A DNA stretch of 64,000 bases from Acutalibacteraceae bacterium (GCA_045635665.1 JAZTWC010000069.1:8532-72531); one strand, 5' to 3'. Positions 48,605-57,128 are shown, numbered from the stretch's first letter. Numbers and translations are program-made. Notes: generated from the letters alone by a model not told the origin.

Positions 48605-50914
48605 ATGAAAAAAGTAACTTGCAGCAGGTGTAAAAAACGCCCTGCGGTGATATTCATTTCAAAAATTATCGACGGTAAAACCGTACCGGAAGGTCTTTGC
48701 CTTAACTGTGCTATGGAAATGAACATCGGTCCCATCAAGCAGATGATGGACAGTATGGGTATTACTGAAGAAGATGTGGATGCAATCAGCGAGCAGTTCA
48801 CTCAGATGTTCCCGGACAATGACGAAGATGGCTCATTTGAAAGCGGTGGTTCACCGACTATGCCTTTCTTACAGGGTCTTTTCGGTGATTTACAGAATAG
48901 TCTCACAGTAAAAAATGAAAATAATGATGAAGTTAAGGCTACATCTTCAAAAGCTACTTCAGGTCCCGCAAATAAAAAAGACAAGAAGCAGAAAGATAAG
49001 AAACGTAAGTTCCTTTCACTTTACTGCACAGACCTTACAGCCAAGGCTCGTGAGGGTAAGATTGACAACATCATCGGCAGAGATAAAGAGCTTTCCAGAG
49101 TGGTACAGATTCTTTGCAGACGCTCAAAAAACAACCCCTGTCTTATCGGTGAGCCTGGTGTAGGTAAGACTGCTATTGCCGAGGGTCTCGCTCTTAAGAT
49201 TGTCAGAAATGAAGTGCCCGCAAAGCTCGCTGACAAAGAAATACATCTTCTCGATCTTACAGCGCTTGTTGCCGGTACCCAGTTCAGAGGTCAGTTCGAG
49301 TCACGTATCAAGAGTCTCGTTGACGAAGTAAAAGAAAACGGTAATATAATCCTTTTCATCGACGAGGTACACAATCTCGTTGGTACAGGTGATGCAGAAG
49401 GCTCAATGAATGCAGCTAATATCTTAAAGCCTGCACTTTCACGCGGTGAGATTCAGGTTGTAGGTGCGACTACATTCACCGAATACAGAAAGCACATCGA
49501 AAAGGATGCTGCTCTCGAGAGACGTTTCCAGCCTGTTAAGGTTGAGGAGCCCTCAATTGAAGATGCTACTGAGATTTTGCTTGGCATCAAAGGATATTAT
49601 GAGACTTTCCACAGAGTAAGAATTACTGATGCTCTTGTTAAAAAGGCAGTTGTTCTCTCAGAAAGATATATCACAGACAGATTTTTACCCGATAAGGCCA
49701 TTGACCTTTTAGATGAAGCCTGTACCCATGCTAATCTTCGTAACAAGGCTATCAGCGACCTTGAAATCAGCGAGAAAAAGCTTACAGAGCTTAAGGCTGA
49801 CGAAGAAGAGCTTATGAACAATACAGAAGAAATGGACTACGAGGCTATCGCTAAGCTCAAGAGCGACATAGTCAAGGTAGAAACCGATATAGAAACATTC
49901 ACACCTCTCGCTCAGGATAACGCTGTAACAGAGAGTGACCTGGCTCACGTTATTGAGCTTTGGACAGGTATACCTTCTAGCAAGATTATCGAAAGCGACC
50001 TTAAGAAGCTTGCAGGTATGGAAGACTCACTTAAGAAAAAGGTTATAGGTCAGGATGAAGCTATCCACGCAATTGCAGGTGCTATCAAACGCAGTCGTGT
50101 ACAGGTTAGTCCTCGCAGAAGACCTGCATCTTTCATCTTTGTAGGTCCTACAGGTGTTGGTAAGACAGAACTTGTTAAACAGCTCTCAACCGAGCTTTTC
50201 TCCACTCCTGAGACTCTTATCAGACTTGATATGAGTGAGTTCATGGAAAAGCATAGTGTATCACGCATTATCGGCTCACCTCCGGGTTATGTAGGTTACG
50301 ACGAGGCTGGTCAGCTCACCGAAAAGGTAAGAAGAAAGCCTTACAGTGTAATCCTCTTTGATGAGATTGAAAAGGCTCATCCCGATGTTATGAACATTCT
50401 CCTTCAGATTCTTGATGAGGGCAGAATTACAGATGCTCAAGGCAGAACAGTCAACTTTGAAAATACTGTTATTGTTATGACATCAAATGCAGGTAGTGAG
50501 CGTAAGGGTGGTGTGCTCGGCTTTGGTAAAGAGCAGGGCGATGCAACACGCGAAAAGGTTATGAAAGCTCTCAGCGAATTCCTCAGACCTGAATTCCTCG
50601 GCAGAGTTGACGAGATTGCAGTGTTTAACAGCCTGACTGTCGAAGACTACGAAAAGATTTCGGCTCTTCTTCTCGATGAGCTTGTGGACTCACTGAAAGA
50701 AAAAGACATCACTTTCAAGTACACTGACGAAGTACCCGCGTACCTTGCAAAGAAAGGACATGGTGGCTCAAGGGGAGCGAGAGACCTTAGAAATCTTATC
50801 CGCAAGGAAATTGAGGACGAGATTGCTAACATCATAATCGATAACGCAGACACAGGTGTAGCTGCCATAGCTGCAGAAATAAAGGAAGAGAAGATTTCTT
50901 TTTCACATCTTTAA
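48605..50914 (+). CDS. Two-ring AAA+ Clp ATPase, ClpE-like (N-terminal zinc ribbon instead of Clp_N repeats)
   Basis: CSRC...CLNC at the N-terminus. Walker A motifs GEPGVGKT and GPTGVGKT. Short coiled-coil M-domain. The VLGFG loop is consistent with ClpP docking. Confidence 0.85.
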   Translation: MKKVTCSRCKKRPAVIFISKIIDGKTVPEGLCLNCAMEMNIGPIKQMMDSMGITEEDVDAISEQFTQMFPDNDEDGSFESGGSPTMPFLQGLFGDLQNSLTVKNENNDEVKATSSKATSGPANKKDKKQKDKKRKFLSLYCTDLTAKAREGKIDNIIGRDKELSRVVQILCRRSKNNPCLIGEPGVGKTAIAEGLALKIVRNEVPAKLADKEIHLLDLTALVAGTQFRGQFESRIKSLVDEVKENGNIILFIDEVHNLVGTGDAEGSMNAANILKPALSRGEIQVVGATTFTEYRKHIEKDAALERRFQPVKVEEPSIEDATEILLGIKGYYETFHRVRITDALVKKAVVLSERYITDRFLPDKAIDLLDEACTHANLRNKAISDLEISEKKLTELKADEEELMNNTEEMDYEAIAKLKSDIVKVETDIETFTPLAQDNAVTESDLAHVIELWTGIPSSKIIESDLKKLAGMEDSLKKKVIGQDEAIHAIAGAIKRSRVQVSPRRRPASFIFVGPTGVGKTELVKQLSTELFSTPETLIRLDMSEFMEKHSVSRIIGSPPGYVGYDEAGQLTEKVRRKPYSVILFDEIEKAHPDVMNILLQILDEGRITDAQGRTVNFENTVIVMTSNAGSERKGGVLGFGKEQGDATREKVMKALSEFLRPEFLGRVDEIAVFNSLTVEDYEKISALLLDELVDSLKEKDITFKYTDEVPAYLAKKGHGGSRGARDLRNLIRKEIEDEIANIIIDNADTGVAAIAAEIKEEKISFSHL

Positions 50915-50942
50915 AATTAATAAAATAAATTGTAAAAAACAC

Positions 50943-50971
50943 TTGACATTGTGACGCTGATTGTGTATAAT
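50943..50971 (+). promoter_or_regulatory. Consensus promoter TTGACA-17-TATAAT of the tRNA operon
   Basis: TTGACAttgtgacgctgattgtgTATAAT, 21 nt before tRNA-Gly. Confidence 0.7.
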
Positions 50972-50992
50972 AATCAGCGTTGCAGTGAAGAT

Positions 50993-51066
50993 GCGGGTGT
51001 AGTTCAATGGTAGAATCCCAGCCTTCCAAGCTGGTCGTGTGGGTTCGATTCCCATCACCCGCTCCA
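50993..51066 (+). tRNA. tRNA-Gly (anticodon UCC)
   Basis: Cloverleaf folded manually: acceptor GCGGGTG/CACCCGC, anticodon loop CTTCCAA, T-loop GGTTCGATTCC, encoded CCA. Confidence 0.9.
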
Positions 51067-51085
51067 GCATTTTTCAAGTTAATAT

Positions 51086-51162
51086 GCGCTTTTAGCTCAG
51101 CTGGATAGAGCAACTGCCTTCTAAGCAGTAGGTCGGGGGTTCGAGTCCCTCAAAGCGCGCCA
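51086..51162 (+). tRNA. tRNA-Arg (anticodon UCU)
   Basis: Acceptor GCGCTTT/AAAGCGC, anticodon loop CTTCTAA, T-loop GGTTCGAGTCC, encoded CCA. Confidence 0.9.
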
Positions 51163-51168
51163 TTATGT

Positions 51169-51246
51169 GGTGGATATAGCTCAGTTGGTTAGAGTGCCAG
51201 GTTGTGGCCCTGGAGGTCGTCGGTTCGAATCCGATTATCCACCCCA
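51169..51246 (+). tRNA. tRNA-His (anticodon GUG) with encoded G-1
   Basis: An extra 5' G pairs with C73. Acceptor GTGGATA/TATCCAC, anticodon loop TTGTGGC, encoded CCA. Confidence 0.9.
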
Positions 51247-51289
51247 TTTTTTTATACCCAAAATTGGTGGATTAAGCAAAAATTAATAT

Positions 51290-51364
51290 AGGGGTGTCGT
51301 CAAGCGGTAAGACACAACACTTTGACTGTTGCATTCGTAGGTTCGAATCCTGCCACCCCTGCCA
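51290..51364 (+). tRNA. tRNA-Gln (anticodon UUG)
   Basis: Acceptor AGGGGTG/CACCCCT, anticodon loop CTTTGAC, T-loop GGTTCGAATCC, encoded CCA. Confidence 0.9.
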
Positions 51365-51374
51365 GGAAAAATAA

Positions 51375-51406
51375 AACGGTACCCTTGTGGTGCCGTTTAT
51401 TTTTTC
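51375..51406 (+). terminator. tRNA operon terminator
   Basis: AACGGTACC / GGTGCCGTT stem (one G-U pair) followed by TATTTTTT. Confidence 0.75.
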
Positions 51407-51546
51407 TCGATGAGTTTATAGGTTAATGGGTCAGGATTCGAAGTAGGAGCGGTAGTGAATCGATGTCCGCTGGACATCGAGAGCCGCGAATGACTGAGCC
51501 ACGTGGCGTGGCGAGAATCGAATCCTGCCACCCCTGCCAGAAAAAT

Positions 51547-51578
51547 AACGGTACCCTTGTGGTGCCGTTTCTTTTTTT
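51547..51578 (+). terminator. Second copy of the tRNA terminator
   Basis: The same AACGGTACC / GGTGCCGTT hairpin, followed by TCTTTTTTT. Confidence 0.6.
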
Positions 51579-51695
51579 CTCGATAAGTTCATAGGTTAAT
51601 GGGGCAGCAGTCGAAGTACTAAACATTTGGGACATTAAAATGACAGATCTCTAATAACTGAAATTTGAAAACGTTGTATTATTTTACTAAATCTC

Positions 51696-51724
51696 TTGAA
51701 AACAATAAGAAAAAGTGTTAAAAT
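51696..51724 (+). promoter_or_regulatory. Putative promoter TTGAAA-17-TAAAAT (extended TGT)
   Basis: TTGAAAacaataagaaaaagtgtTAAAAT. Same TGTTAAAAT -10 architecture as the promoter at 19563. Confidence 0.5.
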
Positions 51725-51751
51725 TAAACAAAATAAATTCTTGGAGATGAT

Positions 51752-53287
51752 ATGATGTCTAAAAACAAAAAAACTTCTTCTTCGGAAATTCCGAAGAATG
51801 CTTTAACAGGAAATGATGGCAAGTACATATCGAAATTTGAGTATGTGTGCGTTATGCTTTCACGAATCGGCGGTATGTTTGGTACAACACTTACCGGTAC
51901 ACTTGCTGCTGCATTCCTTCACGAGCTTTATTTCGGACCTGTAGGAGTCAGCTCTGACGAAATTGCAGATATTTCTGCTTTGCAGACAACTCTCACATGG
52001 ATTCTCGGTCTTATCGCACCCTCATTAGCAGGTATAATTGTTCAGAAATGGAAAACCCGTTGGGGCAGATACCGTCAGTGGTATATTATTTGCCTTGTTC
52101 CCATATTTATTCTTACCGCTTTATACTTCTATGTTCCTACTGGCTGGACAATTCAGCAGATGACCTTGTTCCGTTATATAATAGCCTGTAGCCAGACATT
52201 TTTAAATGCCTTTAACAATTGCGGTACGTATATTACCCAGGTTATTTCTCCCAATCCCAAGGAAAAGAAATTTGTTGCAACACTCTGGCAACTTTCCTAT
52301 TATATCGGCTACGGCGGAGCATATATTGCAACCTTCGTTTACGGCCTGTTCAGCGATGACAAGAATAAGATGTATATGACCCTTGCTCTTGTAGCTGCTA
52401 TCGTTACAGCTTTCGGTAACCTGATGTGCGCTCTTTTCTGTAAAGAAAGAATTGAGCTTCCGAGGAAGGAAAAGGTTAAGGTTTCAAAGGCTCTTTTCTC
52501 TCTTTTCAAATACAAAAATTACCGTGCTTTCCAGTATATGCAGTGGGTAAATGCTTTTGCAATGCTTGGTAAAATGTCTACCTATCTTGCAGCTATTACA
52601 GTCGGTTCATCAAAAAATCTTCTTCTCACGCTTCCTACCGCTGTAGGTACTGTTGTGGGTAACCTTATCTGTACAAAGCTTTCAAAGAAGTATGAGCCTA
52701 CTAAGCTTCTTAAGTTCTGCGGTATCTACACACCCGTTGCAGCAGGTATACTTTTCAGTATCTGTTTTGCTGAAGCAAAAATGGGTATCAGATTCTTCGA
52801 GGGATGGAACAGCATATTCTTCTATGCATTCTATTTCATTTTCGGTATCGGCATCGGTATTCAGGAGCTTTCAAAATCTCACTTTGACGTTGAGTTCTAT
52901 GACTATCTTGAATGGCAGTGCGGCGAAAGAATGGAAGCTATTCAGGGTATAGTACCCGGTTGGATCAACTCGGTATGCAATTTCATAAAGGATATTTCAA
53001 TTCCCTATATGATTGCATGGGCAGGCTATCTGTCTTCAGTTGAAGGTGATCTTGTCAAAACTATGCAGGCTCAGCCTACATATCTTGACACCTGCCTTAA
53101 AATTCTCGCATTCCTCCTCTTTGGCTACACCATTGCAAATGTTCTCAAGGCTCTTATTCTTAAATTCTTCTACGACGTTGAAGGTGAGAAGAAAGAGCAG
53201 ATGTACCGTGAGCTTGAAACAATAAGAGCTGAACGCCATAAGGAAAACGAAACTCTAAGTCAGGTAAAAGAAGCTTTGGGCGAATAA
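51752..53287 (+). CDS. GPH-family glycoside/cation symporter
   Basis: Twelve hydrophobic segments; TRWGRYRQW loop resembles the GPH signature; charged helical C-terminal tail; GGAGA RBS. Confidence 0.7.
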   Translation: MMSKNKKTSSSEIPKNALTGNDGKYISKFEYVCVMLSRIGGMFGTTLTGTLAAAFLHELYFGPVGVSSDEIADISALQTTLTWILGLIAPSLAGIIVQKWKTRWGRYRQWYIICLVPIFILTALYFYVPTGWTIQQMTLFRYIIACSQTFLNAFNNCGTYITQVISPNPKEKKFVATLWQLSYYIGYGGAYIATFVYGLFSDDKNKMYMTLALVAAIVTAFGNLMCALFCKERIELPRKEKVKVSKALFSLFKYKNYRAFQYMQWVNAFAMLGKMSTYLAAITVGSSKNLLLTLPTAVGTVVGNLICTKLSKKYEPTKLLKFCGIYTPVAAGILFSICFAEAKMGIRFFEGWNSIFFYAFYFIFGIGIGIQELSKSHFDVEFYDYLEWQCGERMEAIQGIVPGWINSVCNFIKDISIPYMIAWAGYLSSVEGDLVKTMQAQPTYLDTCLKILAFLLFGYTIANVLKALILKFFYDVEGEKKEQMYRELETIRAERHKENETLSQVKEALGE

Positions 53288-53365
53288 TTGCAAGGAATAA
53301 TAAAATGAAAAAATAAAAAGAAAACCATAATTACGGTTATATCAGTTATTCTTGTTTTAGCGCTT

Positions 53366-54295
53366 ATGGGTACAGGTATATACTTTTATCTTATGAGATA
53401 CAACAAGGATAAAAATGATACTGAGGCATTATACAGACAAAATGTCGCTTCTGTAGGATATGAAAACACTATTGAAACAGCATATCCTCAGACTGATCTT
53501 TATGAAATTATTGACGAACATTTCCGTTCAGCGCTGCCTGAAGGTAAGACCGAAAAGAAGGTTGCCATTATCGGTTATGACGGTTGCCGTGCGGATATCC
53601 TTGCAGAAATGAAGAACGAAAACAGTGCTATAGGATATCTTCTCCAAAATGGAGGCTCAAATAATCTCACTTACTCCGGAGGAGTAAATTATCCTGAAAT
53701 CAATACTCAGGCTACTTCAACAGCTCCCGGTTGGTGTTCAATTCTTACAGGTGTATGGGCTGACAAACACGGTATTGAGTATAACGGAGTAACAAAATCT
53801 CTTGAATACAAAATGCTTATGACAACTCTCATCGAAGAGAATGTTATTGATAATGCCGCATTCATTACAAAATGGAAAGGTCATTTCACAGACAGTGACT
53901 CTACTTACATAGACGAAAAGGCATACTGTGAAGAGAACAATATTGATATTGATTTTAATCTTCGCAAAAACAAAACAGACATTCACACGGGCGCGATGGA
54001 AGAGGTTAGCAGCGAAGACTGTGCAGATTTTGTGTTTATCATTTATGAAAATACCGATTCCGCAGGCCACGATTTTGGTTTCTCCTTCAACAATCCCATA
54101 TATAAAAATGCTTTCAACAAAAAGGATGCATATGGCTATGAAGTAATCAAAGCTATTGAAAGCAGAGAAACCTACGCTACAGAGGATTGGCTTATTATTG
54201 TTACCTCAGACCATGGCGGCTTTGGTACAGGTCACGGCGGCGAAAGCATTCAGGAAAGAATGACATTTGTAGCTATGAACAAGGAATGGAACTAA
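53366..54295 (+). CDS. Alkaline-phosphatase-superfamily nucleotide pyrophosphatase/phosphodiesterase (NPP-type); the true start is probably at 53305, disrupted by a 1-nt indel
   Basis: GYDGCRAD, STAPGWCSILTG, ENTDSAGHDFG and VTSDHGG...GHGG metal-ligand blocks. The upstream in-frame sequence encodes a signal-anchor but has no start codon. Confidence 0.7.
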   Translation: MGTGIYFYLMRYNKDKNDTEALYRQNVASVGYENTIETAYPQTDLYEIIDEHFRSALPEGKTEKKVAIIGYDGCRADILAEMKNENSAIGYLLQNGGSNNLTYSGGVNYPEINTQATSTAPGWCSILTGVWADKHGIEYNGVTKSLEYKMLMTTLIEENVIDNAAFITKWKGHFTDSDSTYIDEKAYCEENNIDIDFNLRKNKTDIHTGAMEEVSSEDCADFVFIIYENTDSAGHDFGFSFNNPIYKNAFNKKDAYGYEVIKAIESRETYATEDWLIIVTSDHGGFGTGHGGESIQERMTFVAMNKEWN

Positions 54296-54404
54296 AAGAA
54301 AATAGCCCCCCCGGCTTAGCCTGGGGGGTTCAGCTTTGCAGAAAGAGAAAAATAAAAATGAAAAAACATTATGAATCCGAGCTTTGTATAAGGAGAAATA
54401 ATTT

Positions 54405-54542
54405 GTGAATAAGGCAAAATTCAACTATGATTATTCCAAAACTCTGTGGATGAAAATGTTTCTCGCACGTCCCGATTTTAAAAAGCAAACTTACGAGGTG
54501 CTTATTAATTTTGAGCTGCACAATCAAAGCTACTTTTGTTGA
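54405..54542 (+). CDS. Possible 45-aa ORF (GTG start) with a strong RBS; could be a gene remnant
   Basis: AGGAG lies 9 nt upstream of the GTG. Translation: VNKAKFNYDYSKTLWMKMFLARPDFKKQTYEVLINFELHNQSYFC. Not in the ORF track because of its size. Confidence 0.25.
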   Translation: MNKAKFNYDYSKTLWMKMFLARPDFKKQTYEVLINFELHNQSYFC

Positions 54543-54567
54543 CTTTTCTGCTTAATAGTAATATAAT
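54539..54567 (+). promoter_or_regulatory. Promoter TTGACT-17-TATAAT
   Basis: TTGACTtttctgcttaatagtaaTATAAT. Leaves a 5' leader of roughly 145 nt before 54719. Confidence 0.55.
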
Positions 54568-54718
54568 TTTTATGTGTGAAAGACTTTTTTGTGGTGTAAT
54601 ATGACTGCGGATAGTTTTTAGACGGATACTTTACGAACGTTATGAAAAACTAACTTCTTCACTGTCGGTAACAGTTGTATACAGCACAGAAAGTAACACA
54701 GTTTAAGGAGGAATAATT

Positions 54719-56875
54719 ATGAATAACAAGATGAACAATTTTCTCAAAGAGCTCGTGATTATATTCACAATCATTGCAACCAGCATTTCTGCTCTTTTCG
54801 GAATGAATAGTGATGCGGTTACTCCACCTGACGATAAGTATCCTTTAGGTGAAGCTTTGCAGGTTGCAGAGAAAAATCTAAACTGGCCCGAGGATCAGAT
54901 TTTTCCGTATTTTGCAGAGCCTGAAGAGGAGCTTATAGCTTTCCCTGATAATATTCTCAGCCATAAAGAAATGGTGGCTCTTGCAAGTTTGCAGGGCTTT
55001 GTTAATGCCAAGCAAACCCGTGTTGCAATATTGGCAGGTGATGTTGCAAAGTGGCTCGGTGATTACGGATACAGCTATAAAACTGTTGCAACAGAAGAAG
55101 TGTACAGCTGTATCAAAGATCTTTGCAAAGATTCAGTGGCAGGTGTTGTGCTTTATTCCGATGAGCTTAGTGCAGAATATATAAACCTTGCAGCGTCTAT
55201 CGGTAATACAATGAATGCCTTGCCTCTGACAGCCGAGGACTATGACAAGTGGTGCAGTGAGGGTATCGAGCTTCCTGTTTTAGCAGATATCAGAGGTCTT
55301 AAGTACGACAACCCCACTGAGATTTATAAATATTTCTTTGATAATTATTGGGATGACTGCAATAAGAGAATTCTTGTGGTGCAGCGTACCGGTATGGCAT
55401 TCGAAATGCGTGATCTTGCTGCGGCAGTCGGTGGGGCGGTGGTTTATCTTTCTTGTTCAGGCGGTACTGAAACATGGCTTTTCAAACAGTACTTGAAGGA
55501 TATGACTCCGGGTAAATCGATTCTTACAGGTTGGTATGCGGATCAGGAAAGAGAACTTATGACAGTTGCGGCTAACTGCGGTCTCTCCTGTGTACCTGCA
55601 GACTTTTTCAGCAATGCTACTGTTTTTGCTCAGAAGCAAGATATAGAGGTTCCCGAAGTGCCCGATATGCCTGAGCTTGAAAATAAGATTTACATAGCGT
55701 ATTTCCTCAGTGATGGTGATAACATTCAATATGATATGCACGCTATGAGAGAATACTGGGATGGCAACAGCTCGCAAAAAGGTAAGGTGCCTGTAAACTG
55801 GACTATAAGTCCTGCTCTTGTTGATATAGCTCCGGGCATGATGAATTATTATTATGGGGGAGCTACAGATACTGAATGCTTTGTCTGCGGACCCTCAGGT
55901 ATGGGTTACACAATGCCAAAAAACACCTTTGGTGCAAATAAAGGTAATCAGTTCCTCAGTAATAAAAAATTCACTGCTTATGTGGATATGACAAACAATT
56001 ATTTGCAGAGGTCAGGTCTTCGTGCTGTAACAATATGGGATAATCTTTCGCTTTCACAGAGAAATATCTACAGCAAAAACGGAACATATCTTTATGGTAT
56101 TACTGTGCAGCATTTTACCGACAGCTCACTTAAAAAGAGGTTTACCGGTGTTACCAATAATATGCTTATTATGCAGATGACACCCGGATACTTTGCACAG
56201 AATGCCGAGGGCAACTATGCTCTTACAAATATAGCTGATATTATAAATGATGCTGTCAAATATCTTAAGTATGACGGCACTGAACCCGTATTTGTTGCAA
56301 CTCAGGTAAGTGTATGGGGTTATCACAATATAGGTGACGTTGATCAGCTCGAAAAGTATATTTCAGAATACTATGAGAAAATTTACGGTAAAGATGTCGT
56401 TGAATTTGTGAGAGCCGATCATTTCTATAATCTTTACTATGAAGCAAATGAGCTTCCTCAGGATATAACTCTCAAGTCAGAACTCACAGCAACTGCAACA
56501 AGCAGTAGTGATACAGCAATGCTTACAACAGATGGTACCTGTTACGGTGACAGTATATGGACAGCCGCTGATAACGGTACACAGAGTGTGACGTATTCAC
56601 TGGGAAAAACCTATAAAGTCAACGAGGTTGCTGTTTATCATGCGGAAACAAACGGTCTTGATGCATCTCTTAATACAAAGAGCTTCACAGTTGAAGTCAG
56701 TAGCGACAATGTAAGCTGGAAGAAAGTGGCTGAGGTTTCGGATAACACAGATTCCTGGACTGATCTTCAGTTCAAGGCTACAAAGGCTTCATATGTACGT
56801 ATAACCATCAATGATGCCGGCAGTGATAACTTTGCACGAATTGCTGATGTTGATATTTATGGTGTGCTTGTATGA
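54719..56875 (+). CDS. Secreted GxGYxYP-family putative glycoside hydrolase with a C-terminal F5/8 type C (CBM32-like) domain
   Basis: Signal peptide. GPSGMGYTMP matches the GxGYxYP family motif. The C-terminal ~140 aa (TATSSSDT...DGT..GDSIW...YHAE...ARIADVDIYG) resemble a discoidin domain. Confidence 0.6.
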   Translation: MNNKMNNFLKELVIIFTIIATSISALFGMNSDAVTPPDDKYPLGEALQVAEKNLNWPEDQIFPYFAEPEEELIAFPDNILSHKEMVALASLQGFVNAKQTRVAILAGDVAKWLGDYGYSYKTVATEEVYSCIKDLCKDSVAGVVLYSDELSAEYINLAASIGNTMNALPLTAEDYDKWCSEGIELPVLADIRGLKYDNPTEIYKYFFDNYWDDCNKRILVVQRTGMAFEMRDLAAAVGGAVVYLSCSGGTETWLFKQYLKDMTPGKSILTGWYADQERELMTVAANCGLSCVPADFFSNATVFAQKQDIEVPEVPDMPELENKIYIAYFLSDGDNIQYDMHAMREYWDGNSSQKGKVPVNWTISPALVDIAPGMMNYYYGGATDTECFVCGPSGMGYTMPKNTFGANKGNQFLSNKKFTAYVDMTNNYLQRSGLRAVTIWDNLSLSQRNIYSKNGTYLYGITVQHFTDSSLKKRFTGVTNNMLIMQMTPGYFAQNAEGNYALTNIADIINDAVKYLKYDGTEPVFVATQVSVWGYHNIGDVDQLEKYISEYYEKIYGKDVVEFVRADHFYNLYYEANELPQDITLKSELTATATSSSDTAMLTTDGTCYGDSIWTAADNGTQSVTYSLGKTYKVNEVAVYHAETNGLDASLNTKSFTVEVSSDNVSWKKVAEVSDNTDSWTDLQFKATKASYVRITINDAGSDNFARIADVDIYGVLV

Positions 56876-57036
56876 AAAAGCTATTGCTGATATTATCATT
56901 TGCTTTTAATGCTCTGGCGATTGTAGGAGCTGTCTATGTTCTGATGTCTGACGGAACAGCAAATGCCGGATATGCGGTCATTCCTATGGTAATTGGGTTG
57001 ACTTGTTTGGCAGGACACAGAACACATAAAAAATAA
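56872..57036 (+). CDS. Small two-TM membrane protein (54 aa), translationally coupled (ATGA overlap)
   Basis: Translation: MKKLLLILSFAFNALAIVGAVYVLMSDGTANAGYAVIPMVIGLTCLAGHRTHKK. The start overlaps the stop of the upstream gene. Confidence 0.45.
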   Translation: MKKLLLILSFAFNALAIVGAVYVLMSDGTANAGYAVIPMVIGLTCLAGHRTHKK

Positions 57037-57088
57037 AAGCAGTAAGCTGATTACGATTTTTCTGAAATTTTACTTTTAACAAAAAATT

Positions 57089-57128
57089 AGCACACATATT
57101 CATCTGCTGATGAGTATGTGTGCTTTTA
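57089..57128. terminator. Bidirectional terminator
   Basis: AGCACACATATTCATC / GATGAGTATGTGTGCT long stem, flanked by an A-run and a T-run, between convergent genes. Confidence 0.7.

Larger units (their letters stand above)
51343..51619 (+). repeat. Direct duplication (~103 nt, period 175 nt) of the tRNA-Gln 3' end plus terminator plus downstream flank
   Basis: Copy 1 at 51343-51445 and copy 2 at 51518-51619 align from TCGAATCCTGCCACCCCTGCCAG through TCGAAGTA, with only a few substitutions and indels. Confidence 0.85.

Noticed and set aside
48605-48800. Zinc-ribbon N-terminus of the Clp ATPase as a novel feature
   Set aside because: An N-terminal zinc finger replacing the Clp_N repeats is the known ClpE architecture in Firmicutes, so this is not unusual.
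51446-51541. Possible fifth (class II, Sec or pseudo) tRNA formed by the insert plus the second tRNA-Gln 3' end
   Set aside because: Manual folding fails. The candidate 5' acceptor strand AGGAGCG pairs with only 5 of 7 positions. No 5-bp stem with a 7-nt anticodon loop exists. The T-stem 5' strand is not complementary. The hairpins have 3-nt loops.
51423-51635. 70-aa minus-strand ORF across the tRNA-Gln repeat region
   Set aside because: It spans two terminator hairpins and a tRNA fragment and has no RBS. It is an artefact of the GC-rich repeat DNA.
54187-54424. 73-aa (+) and 72-aa (-) ORFs overlapping the end of the phosphodiesterase gene and the GC-rich hairpin
   Set aside because: They overlap a supported CDS and a structured intergenic element. 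They have no RBS and their sequences are low-complexity.
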